A stretch of DNA of 64,000 nt from Bacteroidota bacterium. Lineage in GTDB: Bacteria; Bacteroidota; Bacteroidia; Flavobacteriales; Flavobacteriaceae. The notes below the pieces were generated by a model. That model was not told where the DNA came from. It saw only the letters and a program-made list of their open reading frames with translations, and did no database searches. Positions within the stretch are counted from its first letter, which is position 1, and each line of letters opens with the position of its first letter. The stretch lies in contig JBCBDM010000001.1 in the NCBI GenBank assembly GCA_038529705.1, forward strand, positions 3,025-67,024. Direction: 5' to 3'. Position numbers and translations under genes: made by a program. Shown here piece after piece: positions 34,930 through 45,802 of the stretch.

Positions 34930-35544
34930 TTATTTCAACAAATACTCTAGTGTAATGGCATCTAATCTTCCATCGGGCAGCAGTCCGTTCTTCTCTTCAA
35001 AGGCCCGCAGGGAATTATAGGTTTCGGTTCTAAAAAGCCCATCATGACGAATAGAATCCCCATGACGAATTAACAAACGTTGTATCTCAAATACCAATGC
35101 ACTTTGTTCACCTAGTCGCAACCTATTTCCGGAGGGATTAGAATAAAACATCTTTTGAATGAGTTGTTCTTTGACCTCTTGTTCGGAAGGTTCCTCTTTG
35201 GGTTTCACCTTTGGGCTGGGATTCAATAACTGGTTCTCGTAAAATCTAACTTTTGCCCGCTTCTTCGCATATTCCGCTACTGCCGCCAACTCTTCAACAC
35301 CATCATCTCCTGGGTTTCGAACATCGATCCCTTCATCTCCCCATTGCGTAATTACATAGGAATCCAATGCTTCAACGGCGTGAAAATAATCATAGAGTAA
35401 TTTACTTTCCGAACTAGAATTCTTAATAGTATCCGGAATTTCATATTGGTAATTTGGTGGATGGAATCGCTGCCAATTCCTATAAAAATTATATCCCATG
35501 ATACCTATGATCACAAGTAATAAGAAGATGATAATTTGCTTCAT
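34930..35544 (-). CDS. Peptidoglycan-binding domain protein
   Basis: N-terminal TM; C-terminal LRLGE...VFEIQRLL...DGLF...T..LRAFE...L.PDG.LDAITL. Confidence 0.8.
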   Translation of the reverse strand: MKQIIIFLLLVIIGIMGYNFYRNWQRFHPPNYQYEIPDTIKNSSSESKLLYDYFHAVEALDSYVITQWGDEGIDVRNPGDDGVEELAAVAEYAKKRAKVRFYENQLLNPSPKVKPKEEPSEQEVKEQLIQKMFYSNPSGNRLRLGEQSALVFEIQRLLIRHGDSIRHDGLFRTETYNSLRAFEEKNGLLPDGRLDAITLEYLLK

Positions 35545-35602
35545 TGTGGTTGGTTTTCCATATAAAAATAAGAAACCTGATTCACAAATCTGAACGATCG
35601 GC

Positions 35603-35977
35603 TCAATTTAAACCCAAACCATTTAAATATTGTCTTAAATTCAAATGAAACAAGATTCCGGAAAGTAAGTCTTCCATGCCTTCCAATTCCACTGTACTAA
35701 CCGCCAGGTCTACCTGGCTAAAAGGAGTTCTCAGTAAGATTGACCTGCAGCATTCTTGTGTTTTACAGGATGTACATCTTGGACGAGACAGGGCCTCAAT
35801 GGTCTGTTGATAGAATTCTGAGATCTCAAGATGTGATAAATAGAAGCCTGTGTCACGGAAAATAATCTGAATTTTATCCTTCAGGGATGTACCGGACCTT
35901 CTCCAATAAAACCCTAATCCTATCTCATTCTTATATATGGGATCGATCTCTTTCATGGATGCATAATTAGGATTCAA
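35603..35977 (-). CDS. Hypothetical protein
   Basis: 124-aa ORF with plausible coding pattern and a Cys cluster (CTSCKTQECC). Confidence 0.6.
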   Translation of the reverse strand: MNPNYASMKEIDPIYKNEIGLGFYWRRSGTSLKDKIQIIFRDTGFYLSHLEISEFYQQTIEALSRPRCTSCKTQECCRSILLRTPFSQVDLAVSTVELEGMEDLLSGILFHLNLRQYLNGLGLN

Positions 35978-36020
35978 ATATACACTATTTAGATTAATTC
36001 TAAATAGTGTGTTTAAAAAA

Positions 36021-37712
36021 TTACGCCATTACATCTTTCAACTTCAGCTGCAAACTTGTGGTTCCATTCCATTCATTCTCATCTATTGCATACGCCAACT
36101 TAAAAGGCTTTCCCGTACAGGCAATATCAATCTTATGCCCCAATCCAAATCCAATTCCCGTAAGTGGTGGTGATGCTCCCTGGGTAACCACTACCCTTAA
36201 GTGACTCTTATCCTCTCCAACACCTCTTCCCTGTCCGGTATCCATTGCGTTATCGGTCATAAAAACAGGAGTCATATTTCCAGGGCCAAAGGGAGCAAAT
36301 TGTTTGAGAATACGATACAACTTCGGTGTAATGTCTTCAAAATCGATCTTGGCATCCACTTTCAATTCTGGCTGCAGTAGTCTTGGGTCTATGGTCTCAC
36401 TCACCACTTCCTCAAAGGCCGCCTTGAATTTCTCGTAGTCTTTTTCTAATAAGGTGAGGCCAGCTGCATATTTGTGCCCTCCAAATTGTTCCAAATGTTG
36501 AGAACAACCTTCCAACGCATGGTACACATCGTATCCTTTCACTGAACGCGCTGAAGCGGCCAGTTTCTCCCCACTCTTCGTAAACACCAGCGTAGGTCGA
36601 TAATAGGTTTCGGTTAAACGTGATGCCACAATTCCGATAACACCCTTATGCCAATTTTCATCATATACCACGGTAGTCATGCGTTCTTCCTCTTTGTTTT
36701 CTGAGATCTGAAGCAAAGCCTCCTTGGTGATGCGCTTGTCTGTTTCCCTTCGGTCTGTATTGTATTGTTCTATTTCCGCAGCCCAGAACTCGGCCTTCTC
36801 TATTTCGGTTTCAGTTAATAATCGAACGGCATGGTTACCATGTTTCATTCGCCCCGCCGCATTGATCCTGGGAGCAATAATAAAAACCACATCCGTAATA
36901 GTAAGGTGTTGCTTTTTGATCTGTTTAATGATGGCCTTAAAGCCAATACGTGGGTTCGTATTGATTACTTTCAGGCCAAAATAAGCCAATACACGGTTCT
37001 CCCCTGTGATAGGAACAATGTCCGCGCCAATTGCCGTAGCTACCAGGTCTAAATACAATAGAAGGTCTTCCGTTGTTTGACCTCTCCTGGACCCCAAAGC
37101 CTGGACTAATTTGAAGCCCACTCCACAACCACACAGTTCCTTATACGGATAGTGGCAATCCCCCTGTTTGGGATCCAGAACGGCAATGGCATCAGGCACC
37201 TTCGGTCCGGGTCTATGATGATCGCAAATAATAAAGTCGATGTTCTTTTCTGAAGCATAGGACACCTTATCGATAGCTTTTACTCCGCAATCAAGGGCAA
37301 TAATGAGACTAAAACCATTGTCTTCCGCAAAATCGATTCCCTGATAGGAAACACCATACCCTTCTGCATAGCGATCTGGAATGTAGGTTGCCACATTAGG
37401 ATAATAGGATTTTAGATAAGAAGAAAGTAGCGCAACACTGGTCGTGCCATCCACATCGTAATCCCCATAGACAAGAATATTCTCTTCATTCTGAATGGCC
37501 CGTTCAATACGAGTTACTGCTTTCTCCATGTCCTTCATCAAAAAAGGATCATGCAATTCTTCCAGATTAGGTCGAAAAAACTTCTTGGCCTCCTCGAAGG
37601 TTTCAATTCCTCTTTGCAATAACAGAGTTGCAATAATAGGGTCCACTCCTAATTCTCCGGACAAGCGACTTACCTGCTGAGCATCCGGTTTGGGTTGTAT
37701 CGTCCAACGCAT
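36021..37712 (-). CDS. recJ: Single-stranded DNA exonuclease RecJ
   Basis: YGDYDVDG, DCG, DHH, PRINAAGR, GSARS-like, FGGHKYAAG. Confidence 0.97.
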   Translation of the reverse strand: MRWTIQPKPDAQQVSRLSGELGVDPIIATLLLQRGIETFEEAKKFFRPNLEELHDPFLMKDMEKAVTRIERAIQNEENILVYGDYDVDGTTSVALLSSYLKSYYPNVATYIPDRYAEGYGVSYQGIDFAEDNGFSLIIALDCGVKAIDKVSYASEKNIDFIICDHHRPGPKVPDAIAVLDPKQGDCHYPYKELCGCGVGFKLVQALGSRRGQTTEDLLLYLDLVATAIGADIVPITGENRVLAYFGLKVINTNPRIGFKAIIKQIKKQHLTITDVVFIIAPRINAAGRMKHGNHAVRLLTETEIEKAEFWAAEIEQYNTDRRETDKRITKEALLQISENKEEERMTTVVYDENWHKGVIGIVASRLTETYYRPTLVFTKSGEKLAASARSVKGYDVYHALEGCSQHLEQFGGHKYAAGLTLLEKDYEKFKAAFEEVVSETIDPRLLQPELKVDAKIDFEDITPKLYRILKQFAPFGPGNMTPVFMTDNAMDTGQGRGVGEDKSHLRVVVTQGASPPLTGIGFGLGHKIDIACTGKPFKLAYAIDENEWNGTTSLQLKLKDVMA

Positions 37713-37960
37713 AAATAAGCTGAGAGATTTAAGTGGGAAGGTAGCGAAGATAAATTTACAAAAAATAGGGCTTTCCGGAATCTTTAACAGGCAATTATTA
37801 TAAAGGGCTCGGTATTTTACCTTACTGTCTTTTCCGTTTTTCCATGAAACAACTCAAGGGTTTAAACAGTTAAAAATGAATCTTTTAGCTAGATAAAATT
37901 CTATGTTCTACCCCTATTTTAGCCGTTCAAAATCAAACATTTAATTAGAACATTAGTATT

Positions 37961-39844
37961 ATGAAGTACACAGTAAAAGGCAGATTGCAAACGGCAATTT
38001 GCGATGAACATCGAATTTCAGTTAAGAACACAAAAGTGAGGCTTTATGCACTGAAGGAAGAGATTGAAGCAACCACCGCTTTTACTTCTGCTCAAAGTAA
38101 GGAAGTAACGCGTGTATACGAGGAGAAAGAAATTAAATCCAGAAAGAAATATCTACTAGGTGAGACCACTACAGATGTTAACGGAAATTATTCTCTTTCC
38201 TTCGATGGGGATCAACAAGAATACAATGGAGGCGCCGTAGCGGCTGTCCTGTACTACAATGATCTGCCCGATTACGGACAAGAAAATACAGATCTACCCA
38301 GAAACTTTTTCGCTTTCGAGGTATTGCTGGATATTTTTCAGCCAAAATGGAGAGAAACCGACGAAGGTCTAATAGCTAGCTGGAATTACACGGTATTGAG
38401 GAGAGTTTGGTGCTATATCCTACAACGGCTGGATGTATGGGTTATCTGTGGAACCCTTCTCAATTGTGAATCTCAGGAACCGCTGGCAGGCATTGAGGTA
38501 ATCGCCATGGATGACGATATCATTACAGATGATACACTAGGAAGCGCTGTAACCGATAGCAACGGGAAATTCTGCATCTATTATCGTTCCATTGATTTCA
38601 AAAAGACCTTCTTGTCGCCTTTCATCAATGTGGAAACCACCCCCATTTTCAGCTTTGATAACGGGCCGGATATCTACTTTAAGTTTGCCTTTGGAGGAAA
38701 TGAATTTGCCGCTGAAAGCCCTTCCGAAGCACAAAAACCCAGCAGAAAGAACGTTGGTAACTGTCTTTGCGTGCATCTTTGCCTGAACGACGCTCCGGAT
38801 GACAAGGATCCGCCGGCTGCGTTCTACCAAATTGGATATAACAGAAAATACCATCCGGTTCTAAATATTGATCCGGCCACTGGAAGAACCACAGGTAAAA
38901 GCACAGTTTCATGGAACGAACAAGCGTTCTTTAGTACCATCGACCTAAGAGGTTCATTATCTCCACAATTGAATGGGCAACCGGTGGAATATAAATTCCA
39001 ATATGCCATCGTTGCGGATCCTACCATAGACGTTGGGACCATTGGTAGCTGGACAGATATTGAAGCTTCAGATATAGCCAATACTGTGATTGGTTCCAAG
39101 ATCACTCAATTTCTACCGGTCATCCTATATAATTCTTATGTGATTGGCGGTACTACCGGACCAAAACCCTATGGACAGGAGGTTGAAGTGGACATGATCA
39201 ACAACTGGGTACGGGTTCCACAAGCAGGAGGTATCTTTTTCAATGGTTCTTTGTTGAAGCTCATCACCAACAAACTAACAGACATTGCGAACGGTACTCC
39301 GGATGAGGTGGATATGAGTGGCCTGGTTCCAGGGGCTACTTCGGCTCCCCTTCAAAAGAATACCTATGTAGCCTTACGCATGCGAAAACGCGAAGTAGGT
39401 AATCCGGGTAGTGAAGTAGCTGCGGGATTCTCTCGTCCATTGGCCGTCTTCAATACCAAATACAAAGATGTTCCTCAGGGGGGAACCTGGGACCCAACTG
39501 GTGTATCCACTGAACTGGGGATCGCTACGGTAGACCTTCAGGAACTGGTAGACGGAGGACAATGTGCTTCGATCGCAAATTCGATCACGGCCAATTATAC
39601 AGCCGCCAATCCTAATCTGGGAGCCGTATCTCTGGCCATGTTTGGTCCAGGCGGACCGCACAGTTTCGATCCTATCGCATTTACAAGTCCGGGAGAAGAG
39701 GCGCATGGAGCGGCGAGCTACCAGGGAAATGTTGCCTTATTACCCAATTGTGCCTACGAGGTGCGGTTAAGCGCGGAGCTCAACCTTACCAATGGGGAGC
39801 AACAACACCCTAATATATGGGATAGAGTATTGTTCTGTAAATAG
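37961..39844 (+). CDS. Hypothetical 627-aa protein with tandem transthyretin/prealbumin-like domains
   Basis: Two related segments (LLGETTTDVNGNYSLSF and LGSAVTDSNGKFCIYY); no signal peptide; Cys-rich. Confidence 0.65.
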   Translation: MKYTVKGRLQTAICDEHRISVKNTKVRLYALKEEIEATTAFTSAQSKEVTRVYEEKEIKSRKKYLLGETTTDVNGNYSLSFDGDQQEYNGGAVAAVLYYNDLPDYGQENTDLPRNFFAFEVLLDIFQPKWRETDEGLIASWNYTVLRRVWCYILQRLDVWVICGTLLNCESQEPLAGIEVIAMDDDIITDDTLGSAVTDSNGKFCIYYRSIDFKKTFLSPFINVETTPIFSFDNGPDIYFKFAFGGNEFAAESPSEAQKPSRKNVGNCLCVHLCLNDAPDDKDPPAAFYQIGYNRKYHPVLNIDPATGRTTGKSTVSWNEQAFFSTIDLRGSLSPQLNGQPVEYKFQYAIVADPTIDVGTIGSWTDIEASDIANTVIGSKITQFLPVILYNSYVIGGTTGPKPYGQEVEVDMINNWVRVPQAGGIFFNGSLLKLITNKLTDIANGTPDEVDMSGLVPGATSAPLQKNTYVALRMRKREVGNPGSEVAAGFSRPLAVFNTKYKDVPQGGTWDPTGVSTELGIATVDLQELVDGGQCASIANSITANYTAANPNLGAVSLAMFGPGGPHSFDPIAFTSPGEEAHGAASYQGNVALLPNCAYEVRLSAELNLTNGEQQHPNIWDRVLFCK

Positions 39845-39982
39845 AACATCCCTATTCCTGTCAAGACAGCCGTGGACTATTTGAGAAGGTAGGACGTGGC
39901 TGTTTTTTTATGAAAGTTTGTTGGCGAGCAGATAGAATCATTTCAAACAGTTATCTTATTGGTAACCAAGTTTCTAGCAGTT

Positions 39983-41455
39983 ATGAAAACGAAACATTTT
40001 TTCATCATCGCAATTTTAGCGTCCATTAATAATATGTTTCCTCAGGACGGAACATTAGACCCTTCTTTTGGAGGGGATGGATTTGTTACCACAAACTTTC
40101 CGGGAAGTCCTGATCAAAGTTATGCGATCGTCCAGCAGGATGATGGTAAGATTGTTGCATCCGGCTTTTCAGGTTATGGAGATATTCATATTCTGAGTCG
40201 TTATATGCCAGACGGGAGTCTGGATACCTCTTTCGGGACCGATGGCAAGGTGATGAATGATTTTAATGTTGTGCCTCCCCCCTTCACCTATTTTTCTTCC
40301 ATAGATCAACAAGCCGACGGGAAGCTTGTCACCGGATCTTCGCATCGACTGTCCGGTGGGAATCTAGACTTTTTCCTTGTAAGGTATTTAACAAATGGTC
40401 AACTGGATACATCTTTTGGTGATAATGGTGTAGTATCAACAGATTTTGGCGTGGATTATTTATCCGCTATTGCGGTGCTTCCGGATGGTAAAATTTTGGC
40501 CGGAGGCTGGTCTGAGCAGGGTGGCTCAACCTTTGTCATGCTCACAAAATACCTTCCAAATGGAGACTTGGATAACTCATTCGGTACAGACGGGATAGTA
40601 ACTACCTATTTGCATTCCATTTCCTCCATTGTATTCCCTTTTATGGAATTGCCTGATGGAAAGGTTCTTGTAGCAGGTAGGGGTACCAATGGTTTTTTGA
40701 CCTTCCACCGTTATCTCTCAAATGGCACTTTAGATCCGGATTTCGGGACTGACGGAATTCTCCAGGCGTCTGTTGCATCTGCTAATCTATATGGTTCTGT
40801 AACCATTAAAGATAATGGAAAGATGGTTGCCGCGCTCGTTTTGGGTCAATCCAATGTAAAAGTAATGCAGTTCCTGGAGGATGGAAGCTTGGATCCTTCA
40901 TTTGGAACCAATGGAATGACCGATATTGAAATTCCCTTATTTTTCCCTTATAAGATACTGTTGGATGACAACGAAAACATTTTGGTAAGTGGAAAAATAT
41001 TTGGGTTCGAAGTAAGTACTTATTACCTCTTAAGATATAATTCCAATGGAATTCTGGATACCAGCTTTGGAGACAACGGATCCTCCGCTTTAGGCTTTGA
41101 AAGTACCACCATGTCTTTTCAAGATGATGGGAAAATTTTGGTGACTGGCCATACCTACTGGTACAATGGCACTGTAAATTTTGTAGTGGTCCGTTTTCAA
41201 AATGGTATCCTGAGAACTACAGATATTGGATTACCTGAATTTGTAGTGTCTCCCAATCCATCTCAAGATGAATTTATAATTAGAAGTGATCGTTATTTGG
41301 AAAACATACCCTACGGGATCACCGACATTTCGGGTAAAGTTATTCAAACCGGATTCTTAGAGGGAATCAAGGCTATAATAGACCTTTCAGATGCAATGAA
41401 TGGCGTCTATTTCTTAAAACTTCCGGGCACAACTTTAAAACTTTTAAAACAATAA
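39983..41455 (+). CDS. T9SS type A cargo with delta-60 (DUF5122-like) beta-propeller repeats
   Basis: Repeated G.LD.SFG.DG and Q.DGKI motifs; CTD SPNP...NGVYFLK; probable ATG 39983. Confidence 0.85.
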   Translation: MKTKHFFIIAILASINNMFPQDGTLDPSFGGDGFVTTNFPGSPDQSYAIVQQDDGKIVASGFSGYGDIHILSRYMPDGSLDTSFGTDGKVMNDFNVVPPPFTYFSSIDQQADGKLVTGSSHRLSGGNLDFFLVRYLTNGQLDTSFGDNGVVSTDFGVDYLSAIAVLPDGKILAGGWSEQGGSTFVMLTKYLPNGDLDNSFGTDGIVTTYLHSISSIVFPFMELPDGKVLVAGRGTNGFLTFHRYLSNGTLDPDFGTDGILQASVASANLYGSVTIKDNGKMVAALVLGQSNVKVMQFLEDGSLDPSFGTNGMTDIEIPLFFPYKILLDDNENILVSGKIFGFEVSTYYLLRYNSNGILDTSFGDNGSSALGFESTTMSFQDDGKILVTGHTYWYNGTVNFVVVRFQNGILRTTDIGLPEFVVSPNPSQDEFIIRSDRYLENIPYGITDISGKVIQTGFLEGIKAIIDLSDAMNGVYFLKLPGTTLKLLKQ

Positions 41456-41543
41456 TGTTTTATAGGCTATTCTTAAAAGTTGATAAGGGTGGGTAATTAG
41501 AATCTAAACTGTTATGTTAGTAAGTGCTAAATTACCATCCATT

Positions 41544-43025
41544 ATGAAAATAAAAAGCTACCTTTTTTCTGCATTATTTGTTCTATCTTCTCTTGTAACC
41601 TTATCTCAGGATGGCCAGTGGGACACTACCTTTGGAAATTCTGGAATAGTTCAGACGGACCTTTTTGGAAGTTCGGATATAGTCTTCGCCCTGGCCTTGC
41701 AAAATGATGGAGATATATTAATATCGGGTTCCTCCGAAGTAGCTCAAAGCGATTGGGATCCCGTTCTGGTGAGATATCGTTCAGACGGAAGCCTTGACGA
41801 TACGTTTGGGATCAACGGTATTGTGGTTACCGATTTTAGCACAGGATACTTAGATAAATATCACAAGGTGTTGGTTCAGAATGACCAAAAGATATTGGCA
41901 GCAGGGGACTTTGGAGGTTCGGCCAAAGATTATATGATCGCTCGTTACTTGCCCAATGGAGACCTTGATCCAACTTTTGGCACTTCTGGGATTGTGATAA
42001 CCGACCTTGGCGATGAAGATAGGATTGGGACCATAGTCATTCTCAATGATGACAAGATCCTACTTGCTGGTGCGTCTTTCGTCAACGGATCCAATAAACT
42101 GACGCTAATAAGGTTTCTCCCCGATGGAAGTTTAGACCCAAGTTTCGGAACAAATGGTGTGCTTATTTCCGAACCGACCGTTCCTAATAATAAGGATATC
42201 ACCATACGCCTTTTAGATAATGACAAAATACTAATAGGCCTAACCTTTGGAGGCATATATCAACTGCGCAGGTATCTTCCGGATGGAAGTTTGGATCTGG
42301 AGTTTGGTTCTGACGGAATTGTTTATACTGGTAATGTTTCTAGTGGTGGAGGTGTCTTTGACTTATCTCCAGATGGGAAAATAGTTGTTGGAACTTCCTT
42401 TTATAGTTCAGATGTAGCCATGGCTTATTTACAACGATTCCTACCCAATGGAAGTTTGGACACTTCCTTTGGAAATAACGGTGAGGTGTTCATGAGCCAG
42501 ATGATAAATTTGAATAGAATTATTGTACAGCCCAATTTAAAAATTTTGGTCCTGGGTACTGAGCCTCTCCTTCCGGACAGCTTTATTCTTACCATAGCAA
42601 GGTATCATGCAAGTGGCTCTTTAGACCCCTCCTTCGGGCCGGGAGGAGATGCAACATATACTAGCTTGACTGGAAAAGACTTTATGCTACAGGAGGACGG
42701 AAAAATTATTTGGGCTGGATACGAACCCTTTTTTGGAGAGGACTTTTTTGTGGGAAGATACCTCAATGATCCATTTACCTTTGGATTGGAAGACAACCCT
42801 ATTACCAAAGCTGATTTAGCTCCCAACCCAACTCAGAATCTAATTACTTTGAATTTTGACCACTTCCAGGATTCTGTTCCCTACCAAATAACTGACCTTT
42901 CCGGTAAATTGCTAAAGGCAGGTGAACTAACAGGGAATCAAATGATACTGGATCTTTCCAGTTTTCAATCTGGGCTTTATTTATTAAATGTTTCGGGCTC
43001 TTCTTACCGAATTGTGAAAGAGTAA
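41544..43025 (+). CDS. T9SS type A cargo with delta-60 beta-propeller repeats (tandem paralog)
   Basis: Same repeats; CTD APNPT...SGLYLLNV...YRIVKE; probable ATG 41544. Confidence 0.85.
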   Translation: MKIKSYLFSALFVLSSLVTLSQDGQWDTTFGNSGIVQTDLFGSSDIVFALALQNDGDILISGSSEVAQSDWDPVLVRYRSDGSLDDTFGINGIVVTDFSTGYLDKYHKVLVQNDQKILAAGDFGGSAKDYMIARYLPNGDLDPTFGTSGIVITDLGDEDRIGTIVILNDDKILLAGASFVNGSNKLTLIRFLPDGSLDPSFGTNGVLISEPTVPNNKDITIRLLDNDKILIGLTFGGIYQLRRYLPDGSLDLEFGSDGIVYTGNVSSGGGVFDLSPDGKIVVGTSFYSSDVAMAYLQRFLPNGSLDTSFGNNGEVFMSQMINLNRIIVQPNLKILVLGTEPLLPDSFILTIARYHASGSLDPSFGPGGDATYTSLTGKDFMLQEDGKIIWAGYEPFFGEDFFVGRYLNDPFTFGLEDNPITKADLAPNPTQNLITLNFDHFQDSVPYQITDLSGKLLKAGELTGNQMILDLSSFQSGLYLLNVSGSSYRIVKE

Positions 43026-43085
43026 ATATCAACTTAGATGTTAGGATTAATTCGTATTTTCGAAACCTGAAAAAAATCTAACACT

Positions 43086-43676
43086 ATGCCTTTAGTTACC
43101 CCACTTAATCCGGACCACGATCCGGAAACCAGAGAATTGGCCGAGTTTTTTAACGAAACCCTCGGATTTTGTCCCAACAGTGTATTGACCATGCAGCGTA
43201 GACCTGCCATTAGCAAGGCTTTTATCAACCTGAACAAAGCTGTGATGGCAAACGAAGGTAGAGTGACCTCGGCCCTCAAGCGAATGATCGCCTGGGTAAG
43301 TAGTAACTCCACCGGATGCAGATATTGCCAGGCTCATGCTATCCGCGCCGCAGAGCGCTATGGAGCCGAACAGGAACAACTGGATAATATTTGGGAATAC
43401 AGAACCCACCCGGCGTTTAGCGAAGCGGAAAGAGCTGCTCTCGACTTTTCCCTTCAAGCCTCTCAGGTTCCTAATCAGGTAGATGAAGAAATTAAAAGGC
43501 GCCTATACGAACACTGGAACGAAGGTGAGATCGTAGAAATGCTGGGAGTGATCTCCTTGTTTGGATACCTCAACCGCTGGAACGACTCAATGGGTACGTC
43601 TATTGAAGATGGGGCTGTTGAAAGTGGGGAGCAGTATCTGGGAAAACACGGATGGAATAAAGGAAAACACCTTTAA
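43086..43676 (+). CDS. Carboxymuconolactone decarboxylase/AhpD family protein
   Basis: GCRYCQAH (CxxC plus His), FSEAERAALDF. Confidence 0.88.
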   Translation: MPLVTPLNPDHDPETRELAEFFNETLGFCPNSVLTMQRRPAISKAFINLNKAVMANEGRVTSALKRMIAWVSSNSTGCRYCQAHAIRAAERYGAEQEQLDNIWEYRTHPAFSEAERAALDFSLQASQVPNQVDEEIKRRLYEHWNEGEIVEMLGVISLFGYLNRWNDSMGTSIEDGAVESGEQYLGKHGWNKGKHL

Positions 43677-43791
43677 GATTTCGAGGTACGATAGACGGTA
43701 GACAAATATCGAGATCGTACCCATTGATCAAAGTGGTTGTTTCAGAAAATTACGACCTTCTTTGATTCGTAATTTTCTGAGACGTCAACTA

Positions 43792-44559
43792 TCATCGCCC
43801 CAAGGTGATTCGAAGGTATTTTACAGGATATGTTTCTCCGTTCCATGGGCAACGCAATTTTAAAGAGATAGAATTTACAAACGTATACGATTCGATTACA
43901 TCCAGATAATCGAATACTACAAAGGCAGATTTCTTGTTTTTTGGATGTAGTATGGAGATATCGGCAGTGCCATATCCTCCAATCCCAAAGATCCAATCGT
44001 CATTCATAAATCTGGGAGTCCCAGCAAGACTGTAAGATTCTCCTGTTTGAGTGTTGATTAAAACATATTGACTTCCCTCATAAAATTCCTGAAGGATAAA
44101 TATGTACTGCTCATAAGAACCTTTAAACTCGTAACGCGTATAGCTCTTTTCCTGAACTAAATTATTCCAAACTTTTATAGGTCCTTCCCCATTTTCGGCT
44201 TTGAAAAAATAAGCCCCGTCTTTCTTCGAAAAAATTTCCGGATATCGTCCTTGTAATATCCCTTCAATAGAATCGCTATTAGGGTAGTAAATAGGTTTAT
44301 AATAATCCTCTCTGTTCATTCTTTCAAATTCAGATTCAGATATTTCGTTAAAGTAAATAGTGACTTTTCCTTGAGTAAAAATTGAAGGAAGAAGATTACA
44401 AGACAAGCGATAGCCCGGTTCAGTAATTGTATCGGGAACTAAAGGGGATAGTGTATCTGTAAGAGGATGACGATCCGAACTCGCTTTCGTTGATGTTGTC
44501 TTTTCCTTACAAGAGGAAAGACATGTTAATAGAGCCAGAAGTGCAAGTATTCTTATCAT
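43792..44559 (-). CDS. Hypothetical lipoprotein
   Basis: Probable start MIRILALLALLTCLSSC at 44559, ATGA-overlapping the UDG stop. Confidence 0.65.
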   Translation of the reverse strand: MIRILALLALLTCLSSCKEKTTSTKASSDRHPLTDTLSPLVPDTITEPGYRLSCNLLPSIFTQGKVTIYFNEISESEFERMNREDYYKPIYYPNSDSIEGILQGRYPEIFSKKDGAYFFKAENGEGPIKVWNNLVQEKSYTRYEFKGSYEQYIFILQEFYEGSQYVLINTQTGESYSLAGTPRFMNDDWIFGIGGYGTADISILHPKNKKSAFVVFDYLDVIESYTFVNSISLKLRCPWNGETYPVKYLRITLGR

Positions 44560-45131
44560 AGATCGAGAATGGCACTGATTCGATTTTGTAGTATGGGAAC
44601 AACATCCAGACCAAACCATTCATTTCGTTTCATCCAAATTCGATTTCTGGGTGAAGGATGGGGTAAAGGTAAGAACTTCGGAAGGTACTCCTCATAGTGA
44701 CGAACGGTTTCTGTAAGCGTCCGCTTTGCGGTATCGCCTAAATAGTACTTCTGGGCGTACATACCAATAAGTAAAACCAACTCAATATTCGGCATTTTTA
44801 AAAGCAGGGGGTGATGCCATTGCGGAGCGCACTCAATACGGGGAGGAAGGTCGCCACTTTTGCCTTTCCCCGGATAACAAAAGCCCATAGGGACGATCGC
44901 TATATTCATTTCATCGTAAAATTGGGATATACCGATGTTCAACCATCTTCTCAATTCTTTTCCGCTGGCATCGTCCCAGGGAACTCCAGAGGCGTGCACC
45001 TTGGTTCCCGGTGCCTGACCTATGATCACAATCTTTGCATCTGGATGCCCACTCACCACCGGCCTAGGCCCTAAGGGTAAATGTTCCTTGCAGATCTCAC
45101 AGTTTCGTATATTGCTGAGGAGGGTTTTCAT
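44556..45131 (-). CDS. Uracil-DNA glycosylase family protein
   Basis: IIGQAPG, MGFCYPG, LPHPSPRN. Confidence 0.88.
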   Translation of the reverse strand: MKTLLSNIRNCEICKEHLPLGPRPVVSGHPDAKIVIIGQAPGTKVHASGVPWDDASGKELRRWLNIGISQFYDEMNIAIVPMGFCYPGKGKSGDLPPRIECAPQWHHPLLLKMPNIELVLLIGMYAQKYYLGDTAKRTLTETVRHYEEYLPKFLPLPHPSPRNRIWMKRNEWFGLDVVPILQNRISAILDL

Positions 45132-45799
45132 TTCTTCCCTTCCAAAATTATCACCAGCTCCCCTTTAGGTGCCTTATTCTCAAAATGCCGTAGTACCTCA
45201 GCCACCGTTCCCCGGATGGTTTCCTCATGTAATTTGGTGAGTTCTCGAGAGACAGAAATCCTTCGGTCCTCTCCAAAAAAGTCTTTGAACTGAGTTAGCG
45301 TTTTCACCAATTTATGTGGGGATTCATAAAAGATCATGGTTCGGGTTTCTTCTGCCAATAATTGCAATCGGGTTTGTCGCCCTTTTTTTACGGGTAGAAA
45401 TCCTTCAAAAACAAATCGGTCATTAGGTAATCCGCTGTTCACCAGAGCCGGCACAAAGGCGGTAGCCCCAGGGAGGCAATCCACTTCAATTCCCGCCTCC
45501 ACACAAGCACGTGTTAACAAGAACCCCGGGTCGCTAATGGCAGGCGTCCCAGCATCGCTAATCAGGGCAATAGTCTCTCCTGCCAAAATTCGTCCCACGA
45601 TTCCCTCGGTGGTTTTGTGTTCATTATGCATATGGTGGGAGTGCATCTGCGTCCCTATATCGAAGTGCTTCAGAAGTTTGCCACTGGTACGGGTATCTTC
45701 GGCCAGGATAAGGTCTGCTTCCTTCAAGACTTCAATGGCTCTAAAGGTCATGTCTTTCAAATTGCCAATGGGCGTAGGTACTAAATAAAGTTTTCCCAT
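45128..45799 (-). CDS. rsmI: 16S rRNA (cytidine1402-2'-O)-methyltransferase
   Basis: LYLVPTPIGNL.D, AEDTR, SDAGTPAISDPG, YESPH, RELTKLHEE. Confidence 0.97.
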   Translation of the reverse strand: MGKLYLVPTPIGNLKDMTFRAIEVLKEADLILAEDTRTSGKLLKHFDIGTQMHSHHMHNEHKTTEGIVGRILAGETIALISDAGTPAISDPGFLLTRACVEAGIEVDCLPGATAFVPALVNSGLPNDRFVFEGFLPVKKGRQTRLQLLAEETRTMIFYESPHKLVKTLTQFKDFFGEDRRISVSRELTKLHEETIRGTVAEVLRHFENKAPKGELVIILEGKK

Positions 45800-45802
45800 A
45801 AT

